In this document: one piece after another, positions 26,756-32,265 of the stretch
How positions within the stretch are numbered: position 1 is the first letter of the stretch
How the letters are laid out: every line of letters starts with the position of its first letter
Origin: a virus
Taxonomy: Duplodnaviria; Caudoviricetes
Direction: 5' to 3' (one strand)
Length of the DNA: 32,265 nucleotides
IMG/VR virus record: IMGVR_UViG_3300008005_000048
Span: 1 to 32,265 of that record
Program-made: the position numbers and the translations under genes
The notes under the pieces: model-generated
What the model was told of the DNA's origin: nothing
The model's database searches: none
Seen by the model: only the letters and a program-made list of their open reading frames with translations

Positions 26756-26998
26756 ATGTCTGTTAGAACCGACAAACCGGAATTGCTAATATCGTTTCCC
26801 CGTGACGATGTGATTCCTTTTGGGGATGCGGCAGATGCGCTCTGTATCGAACGCAAGAGTCTTCACCAGCGGTTGTCTCGTCTGCACAAGTCCGGGTCAT
26901 TGAAGGATGGTATCGTCTACCGGAAGAAAGTGGTTCGCGAAATTGTCGGTGTCAGCCGGGCGGCATTGGATGAATTGAAACGCAGAGATACTACCTGA
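26756..26998 (+). CDS. small putative helix-turn-helix DNA-binding protein (80 aa)
   Basis: RBS GGAGG upstream. IPFGDAADALCIERKSLHQRLSRL is an excisionase/MerR-like HTH pattern; basic C-terminus. Confidence 0.6.
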   Translation: MSVRTDKPELLISFPRDDVIPFGDAADALCIERKSLHQRLSRLHKSGSLKDGIVYRKKVVREIVGVSRAALDELKRRDTT

Positions 26999-27038
26999 AA
27001 GTGTAGACATGTCTTCACTACCACAGGTGGCAGCAATT

Positions 27039-27047
27039 TGTTAGACT
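27039..27047 (+). promoter_or_regulatory. extended -10 promoter element for the protease-capsid operon
   Basis: TG-t-TAGACT. The context TTTGTTAgAcT matches TTTGTTAcAaT of the portal promoter. No good -35 box. Confidence 0.5.
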
Positions 27048-27059
27048 CACAGTAATGAC

Positions 27060-27186
27060 AACTGAATAGATGCCCCGGCATTCGGGGAACGAGTTACAGA
27101 ACGACGGCAGAACCGTCCCTGTATTTTCCATGACGCAAGGTCGCGTCGCGGAGAACGCAAGGACGGTTTTTTTGCATTCGGGGACA
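27060..27186 (+). ncRNA. putative structured cis-regulatory leader RNA, copy 2
   Basis: Core 27060-27122 matches 5938-6005. AACCGTCC (27111-27118) can alternatively pair with GGACGGTT (27161-27168), which runs into a T7 tract. GCATTCGGGGA is repeated at 27078-27088 and 27174-27184. Confidence 0.6.
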
Positions 27187-27192
27187 ACAAGC

Positions 27193-28035
27193 ATGGCAGA
27201 CATCGAAATTCTTGTTCCGATCAGCAAGGCGACCAAAGACCCTAAGACGGGGGGCTTTTGGGTAGAGGGCGTGGCAACGGATGAGTCCATTGACTGGACC
27301 AACGAAATCACTGCCGCGTCGGATGTGCAGAAGTCTCTCCCATTACTCCAGAAGCACGGGCTTCTGAACTACGATCACGGGAAGTATCCGATTGGTAACG
27401 TGAAGGACGCCGAGCAGCTTCCGGCTATAACTCTCAAGTCCATGTTCCCAGGTAAAGCATTCAACGGAACCGGAACGTGGGTAAAGGGGTGGGTGCATCC
27501 CGTTACGGAATACGCTCCCGAAGACCTTCGCATGGTGCATCACCTCGCAGAAGTGGGTGCGGACCTGTTCTTCTCCATTCAGGGCGGAGTCAACAAGTCG
27601 AAGAATCAGTCCGTCACAACTAAAAGCGGGCGACAAGTAACTCTGATTCATCCTGAGTTTGTGAATCAGGTCGCTATCACCACCCAGCCAATCAATCCCA
27701 ATGCTATTTGTCGCATGGCCAAGTCTCTTTCTGCCATGCTTCAGACTGATTGGGAAAACGATGATACTCCTATCAAACTGTTGGTTCCGTCGGTGGAACT
27801 TGCCAAGGGGATGGAGGCTGGTAGCGGAACCGATGCCGCGGGTTTCATCGGCGGTCGTGCTCTGCAACCGGAATCCCTGCACGGGATGGAGACGACTACA
27901 TTTGACTGTCCCAAATGTGCCGCGAAGGTGCAGAAGGGGATGCGGCACTGCCCCTCGTGTGGGGGCGTGTTGCATCTTGGGAAGTCACTGGCTGACGGGC
28001 TGCGCGAGTTTTCCAAAATGGTATTGCGCATGTAG
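27193..28035 (+). CDS. prohead (maturation) protease, HK97/herpes-like fold, with C-terminal zinc ribbon
   Basis: VEGVATDESIDWTNE, LNYDH (catalytic His), FSIQG (catalytic Ser), VAITTQPINPNA; CPKC..CPSC tail; lies upstream of scaffold and capsid. Start moved to ATG 27193, after GGGGA. Confidence 0.85.
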   Translation: MADIEILVPISKATKDPKTGGFWVEGVATDESIDWTNEITAASDVQKSLPLLQKHGLLNYDHGKYPIGNVKDAEQLPAITLKSMFPGKAFNGTGTWVKGWVHPVTEYAPEDLRMVHHLAEVGADLFFSIQGGVNKSKNQSVTTKSGRQVTLIHPEFVNQVAITTQPINPNAICRMAKSLSAMLQTDWENDDTPIKLLVPSVELAKGMEAGSGTDAAGFIGGRALQPESLHGMETTTFDCPKCAAKVQKGMRHCPSCGGVLHLGKSLADGLREFSKMVLRM

Positions 28036-28100
28036 ATGGGTTCAACGGTCCAGTAATCAATCTGGCCGAAATAATAGAAAGCTCAAGGAGGTAATTAAAC

Positions 28101-28811
28101 ATGAGCGAACAGTTGGAAGAAATCTTGACCGAATTGGAGGATCAGGAAACACCGTCGGGCGGACTGGTGGCAAAGGCATTTTCCGCGTTGGGGGATCTTG
28201 TCAAGTCCATGAAAGGCAAAAATAAAATGGATGACGACGAGGAACTCAGCGAGGAAGAGCTGGCTGCCCTGGCCGCGGAAGCAGGCGACGAGGAAGACAA
28301 GGACAAGAAAAAGGAAGGTGACGAGAACGAGGAAGACGACGAAACGCTCGCCCGCTCGTTCTACGACCGGGCTCTTCAATCCGAACCGCTGTCTGGAGTC
28401 GTGGACGGCGTGGCGATTGTCCGAGAATTGCTGAAGTCGTTCAGCGACCATATCTATGATACGGTCAAGCCACTCGTGCAGGAGGTCAAGGCGCTCCGCA
28501 AGTCGAACGCTGTTCTCTGCAAGTCCTTTCAGAAGCAGGAAGAACTCAACAAGTCCGTCTCCGGGTTCTTCGAGAACATCGGGCAGCATCAGTCTCAGCG
28601 GGTCGCTCCCTACACCCTGCTGCAAAAGAGCGGGGCCAACGGCAACGGCGTTCCTGACGTGAACACCATCATCAACAAGAGCATAGCGGCAGTGCAAAAG
28701 GGCCAGTTGAGCGCCAGAGACGCGCGACGGCTGGAGATTGCTGCCACCAGCAATCTCTGGAACGCTGAAATGCAGTCTCTCTACGCTCAGGTCGAAGCGG
28801 GAACCGCGTAA
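28101..28811 (+). CDS. capsid scaffolding protein
   Basis: AAGGAGG RBS; acidic and coiled-coil; between protease and capsid; seven hydrophobic-x-K-S motifs (LVKS, LLKS, LRKS, LCKS, LNKS, LQKS, INKS). Confidence 0.75.
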   Translation: MSEQLEEILTELEDQETPSGGLVAKAFSALGDLVKSMKGKNKMDDDEELSEEELAALAAEAGDEEDKDKKKEGDENEEDDETLARSFYDRALQSEPLSGVVDGVAIVRELLKSFSDHIYDTVKPLVQEVKALRKSNAVLCKSFQKQEELNKSVSGFFENIGQHQSQRVAPYTLLQKSGANGNGVPDVNTIINKSIAAVQKGQLSARDARRLEIAATSNLWNAEMQSLYAQVEAGTA

Positions 28812-28850
28812 GCACCATAACAAAGCGAAAGCTAAGGAGGAATGATCTGA

Positions 28851-30293
28851 ATGATTAACACACAAGCACTTATCGGGGGGGGTTCACCGGGCGGTCCTGG
28901 AGTGGCCGGGATGGCTGATTTGGCCCTCGTCGAAGAACTGAATAAGGCTCTGACATCCGGTTACGGTACAGACGCCGCCTCGTTTACTGGCGGTCGTGCC
29001 CTGCAACCGGAAAGTCTCGAAAACTACCTGATAACCACGACATTCGAGTTCAAGAACGAGTTCATCCTGTGGGGGATGCTCAAGAAATCCCGCACTCCCA
29101 GCGTCGTGGACATGTGGAACGAGCGAAGCGATCATGGTGGATCGCGTTACGGTGCGGCTGTTGGGGAGACATCAAACCCGAACAACTCAGTGTCCACTCT
29201 CGCTCGCAAAACGGCCAATGTGAAATACCTGCGCGTTCACCGGGAAATCTCCCATGTGATGACCGTGGTGGACTCCATCCCAGACGCGATAGCAGAAGAG
29301 GAAGAGTCTGGCACTCTGTCTCTGTTGCGGACTGCTGAGAAGCTGTTCTACGTTGGCAACTCTACCATCATCCCGCAAGAGTATGACGGCCTGGACACCC
29401 TCGTTGGAGCGAACTCAAGCAACGTCATTGACGTGTACCGCGACACTGACGGAGACGGCGGACCGCTGACGAAGAAGCTGTTGGCCAATGCCGGTCAGAT
29501 TATCCGTCAGGTCGGTTACGGTCGGGCTTCCGCGTTGCTTCACTCCACGCTTGACCAGATTGACCTGGACATGCTTCAGGACACCAAGGAACGGACCATT
29601 GTTCCCATCTCGAAAGAAGGGGAAGGGGTCATCATTGGAGCTCCTGCTGCGGGAATCAACCTGATCTCCGGTGTTGTGAAGTTCCACAGCAACGTGTTCA
29701 TTGAACCAGGGGCCGCGGCGCCTGCGGCAGCGACACCGGGAAGTGGCGTTCCAATCACTCCAACACTCGTGTCGGCTGTTGCTGGCAGTACTGGTTCGCA
29801 GTTCACCGGCGCCTTTGCCGCGAAGAACTACTACTACAAGGTGACCGCGGTCAATGCCTATGGTGAGTCGGCTGCAACGTCGGCAACCAACGTGGCAACT
29901 GTTGCATCGGGCGAGCAGGTAACTGTACGAGTGACCACGGCGGACGCAACGACAACCGGATTCAACGTGTACCGCTCAAAGGGTGGCGCGGCTTCAGGAG
30001 CGGACTGCCGGTTCATGAAGTCCTACGCGTATGGTGATGGTGACGACAACCTGGTTGACACCAACGCCGATCTGCCGGGCACAACCCGCGCGTACATGCT
30101 GAACACGCTTCCACAGTACCGGGCGATTGACTGGCGGCAACTGTTGCCGCTCATCAAGTTCCCGCTTGCGATCACGGCTCCCGCCTATCCGTTCTTGCTC
30201 ATGCTCTACGGGTATATGCGAGTCACGAAGCCGAAGCAGCATGTTCTGTTCAAGAACATCGTCCCGACCGGACATGATTTCGCTCCGGTCTAA
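28851..30293 (+). CDS. major capsid protein (Herelleviridae SPO1/Twort-like)
   Basis: ELNKALTSGYGTD...GGRALQPESLE, EYDGL, YYKVTAVN...ESA, LLPLIKFPLA...LYGYMRVTKPKQHVLFKNI parallel the phage K/Twort-type capsid sequence. AAGGAGG RBS. Confidence 0.92.
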   Translation: MINTQALIGGGSPGGPGVAGMADLALVEELNKALTSGYGTDAASFTGGRALQPESLENYLITTTFEFKNEFILWGMLKKSRTPSVVDMWNERSDHGGSRYGAAVGETSNPNNSVSTLARKTANVKYLRVHREISHVMTVVDSIPDAIAEEEESGTLSLLRTAEKLFYVGNSTIIPQEYDGLDTLVGANSSNVIDVYRDTDGDGGPLTKKLLANAGQIIRQVGYGRASALLHSTLDQIDLDMLQDTKERTIVPISKEGEGVIIGAPAAGINLISGVVKFHSNVFIEPGAAAPAAATPGSGVPITPTLVSAVAGSTGSQFTGAFAAKNYYYKVTAVNAYGESAATSATNVATVASGEQVTVRVTTADATTTGFNVYRSKGGAASGADCRFMKSYAYGDGDDNLVDTNADLPGTTRAYMLNTLPQYRAIDWRQLLPLIKFPLAITAPAYPFLLMLYGYMRVTKPKQHVLFKNIVPTGHDFAPV

Positions 30294-30304
30294 CCTCCCG
30301 CGCG

Positions 30305-30340
30305 ATGAGGAGAGACGGGCTTGTACCGTCTCCCCTCCAT
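30305..30340 (+). terminator. hairpin after the capsid gene (weak terminator or mRNA-stabilising stem)
   Basis: GAGACGG-gcttgta-CCGTCTC core extended by AGG/CCT; no U-tract. Confidence 0.5.
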
Positions 30341-30363
30341 GACATTACAAAGGACGCGGCATC

Positions 30364-30732
30364 ATGCGCAGAATCATTAGTGAGGGTCTACAGGGAGAAG
30401 CATGGTTTGGCGACGCCCTGATTCGATGGGATAACGGCGAGGCTACTGGCATTGTTCGGGTAGCAGGCCCCGATGTTGATATGACTCCCGTTTCCGATGA
30501 TGATCTTCAGCCGTTGCGCGATCAGGATTTCAACCGCGCGATCAGTCTTTCAGGACAGTTTTCGGTTGTTGAACCGGAGACTACCGAAGAGCCTGCATCT
30601 GACAACGCAGAGATTCACAAAGCCATTCCCCGCACGGGGGGAAAAGCTACCGGCGGCCGGAAAAGAGCCGCCAAATCTACTCCAAAGGAGACGGTAACTA
30701 ATGGCAGCGATCACAGACAAGAAGCGGAATGA
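30364..30732 (+). CDS. hypothetical head-associated protein with basic C-terminal tail
   Basis: AAGGA RBS; follows the capsid gene; acidic linker, then IHKA and a Lys/Arg-rich tail. Confidence 0.7.
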   Translation: MRRIISEGLQGEAWFGDALIRWDNGEATGIVRVAGPDVDMTPVSDDDLQPLRDQDFNRAISLSGQFSVVEPETTEEPASDNAEIHKAIPRTGGKATGGRKRAAKSTPKETVTNGSDHRQEAE

Positions 30733-31177
30733 CCTCAATCGGATGGCCCCGGCGGCATGGAAAGTCCAGCTGGGAACCATCATTGACCTGCTGGCCGACC
30801 AGTTGGGCTACCCGTCCATTTCTATCGAGACTGAAGGCACCAACACCATTAACGTGACGATCCAGATGAAGGATGCCAAGGCAGACAACCTCGCTGGAGT
30901 CTTCAGGATGGACTTCACCGTATCCGATGCCGCGGCAGGTGCTCCTACCACTGACCCGCCCTCCGGCGGCGTCACCGCGACAACCGGAATCCTGTTTGGG
31001 TTTGCTTCTGGTGTAAGTTACCTCGAAGTGACCCCGGACACCGTGGGTTGGATTCAGACGGACTCCACCGGAAAAGCCGTGATTCGGTTCACGGAAACCG
31101 GCACGGATACGTTCTATCTGAACCTGGTCAAGGGCAACAAGACCTACTCATCGGGTGCGATCACGTTTGCCGCTTAA
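30701..31177 (+). CDS. putative structural beta-sandwich protein (head decoration-like)
   Basis: AAGGAG upstream; Thr/Gly-rich beta-strand pattern; lies within the head module. Confidence 0.65.
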   Translation: MAAITDKKRNDLNRMAPAAWKVQLGTIIDLLADQLGYPSISIETEGTNTINVTIQMKDAKADNLAGVFRMDFTVSDAAAGAPTTDPPSGGVTATTGILFGFASGVSYLEVTPDTVGWIQTDSTGKAVIRFTETGTDTFYLNLVKGNKTYSSGAITFAA

Positions 31178-31189
31178 AGAGGTGTCTCC

Positions 31190-32140
31190 GTGGTCATTAC
31201 TCCCGGAAATGTGAAGGGATTGCTGGCCGGACTCTCTGAAAGCCTCGACGTACTCGGTGAAGACTTTGAGGCTTCTCAGAGTGTCCGGCAGAATTCCACT
31301 ACCTACGTGGTAGGTCAGATGGTTATTCCGACCACGAGCAACGGATACGTGTACCGCTGTACTGTGGCCGGAACCTCTGGCATTGCTGCGCCCACCTGGC
31401 CTACCTCAAATGGGCATACCGTGACCGATGGCACAATTACTTGGACTACTTACGCCCGGAATGACGCGGCGATGTTCTCCCGCATGGAAGCCGCGGAAAC
31501 CGAGATTCAACGACTGACCGGGACCCGACTCGAACCTACCATTATCAAGATGAACCCGGCTGAAGGCGATGAATACGACCTCGAAGAAGACCCGTTTGAC
31601 TATCAGGAACGGCACTGGAAGGGATGGCCGCGGTTCAAGACCCGATGGCGTCCGATCATTTCCGTTGAGCGTGTGGCTGTCGAGTGGGGCGAAGGTTCAG
31701 GGCTGTTGTCCATCCCACTTGATTTTGTCCGCTTGCGGAAGAAGTTAGGAGTGATTTCCCTTGTGCCGTCCGGTTCTGCTGCTGCGGTAACAGTGGGAAG
31801 CGGGTATCACCTGCTCTCGTGGCTGGGCGGGACCCAGCGCATGGGGATTGTCCCCCAAATGGTGGCCATTGACTACACCGCGGGCGTAACAGACATTCTG
31901 AGTAACCCGGACTATGCTGATCTTCGGGAGTGCATTGTCAAGGAAGCCGCTCAGCGAGTCATTGAAGCGATCATTGACGCGATCTCTCGGGGGGCTACCA
32001 GTATCAGTCTGGACGGGCTTTCAGAGTCAGCCGACGTGTCCGGGCTGGCGGAACAACAGCGAGTCATGCGGGAGTCCGTGGAGAAGTTCGTCCGGTCGTA
32101 CAACCAAACCATGCGTGCGCCTCGGATGAAGGTATTGTGA
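31190..32140 (+). CDS. head-tail adaptor/neck protein with an inserted carbohydrate-binding-like beta module
   Basis: AAETEIQRLTGTRL, RPIISVERV, IDYTAG and SISLDGLSES are neck-protein-type motifs. GTG start after AGAGG. Confidence 0.7.
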   Translation: MVITPGNVKGLLAGLSESLDVLGEDFEASQSVRQNSTTYVVGQMVIPTTSNGYVYRCTVAGTSGIAAPTWPTSNGHTVTDGTITWTTYARNDAAMFSRMEAAETEIQRLTGTRLEPTIIKMNPAEGDEYDLEEDPFDYQERHWKGWPRFKTRWRPIISVERVAVEWGEGSGLLSIPLDFVRLRKKLGVISLVPSGSAAAVTVGSGYHLLSWLGGTQRMGIVPQMVAIDYTAGVTDILSNPDYADLRECIVKEAAQRVIEAIIDAISRGATSISLDGLSESADVSGLAEQQRVMRESVEKFVRSYNQTMRAPRMKVL

Positions 32141-32146
32141 TGAACG

Positions 32147-32265
32147 ATGAGATTGCAGCCGGAACACTTTCGGAGAGTCATTCACAGGCATGGCGAGACG
32201 GTCCTTTGGTATCGCGCTACGCCGAATCCGGCAAACAATCCGGGGACGAATGATTTTGATGAAGC
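32147..32265 (+). CDS. head-closure/neck protein, truncated by the window edge
   Basis: MRLQPEHFRRVIHRHGETVLWYRA... is open to the end of the window; position and the F..I..HG..V.W pattern are typical. Confidence 0.55.
   Translation, partial: MRLQPEHFRRVIHRHGETVLWYRATPNPANNPGTNDFDE

Larger units (their letters stand above)
1..32265 (+). mobile_element. tailed phage/prophage packaging and head module
   Basis: terS-terL-portal-MuF-protease-scaffold-capsid-neck order, all on one strand. Confidence 0.95.

Noticed and set aside
27070-27192. N-terminal extension of the protease in the ORF track
   Set aside because: It runs through the conserved leader element; protease-like sequence and an RBS point to ATG 27193.
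1-32265. CRISPR array, DGR template/variable repeat pair, reverse transcriptase, integrase, rRNA/tRNA
   Set aside because: None seen. The protease/capsid duplication differs largely at synonymous positions rather than specifically at adenines, so it is not a DGR pair.

Overview
The window is one co-directional (+ strand) DNA-packaging and head-morphogenesis region of a tailed phage or prophage. No integrase, host gene or genome end is visible. Gene order: small ORFs, ParB-like/DNA methyltransferase fusion, TerS, intein-containing TerL, portal, MuF-like head protein, a ~17.5 kb cargo block, prohead protease, scaffold, Herelleviridae (SPO1/Twort)-type major capsid protein, and head-completion genes. 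The cargo block encodes: a DUF5661/DarA_C-like protein; a 2572-aa DarB-like methyltransferase-helicase with Fic and zeta-toxin domains appended; a RelA/SpoT small alarmone synthetase followed by a CapRel-like antitoxin; and a 2172-aa ART-PolyVal plus SF2 helicase protein. Main leads: (1) the cargo proteins look like head-packaged polyproteins, carrying the hydrophobic-x-K-[S/A] motif of the scaffold and capsid at their domain boundaries, flanked by reused short peptide tags; (2) a conserved ~65-nt structured leader follows the promoters in front of both the portal and the protease operons, each copy with mutually exclusive alternative pairings; (3) a well-formed small gene is nested out of frame inside the DarB-like gene; (4) a chained toxin/antitoxin array sits inside the head module. 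All family assignments come from motif recognition by eye, not from database searches.
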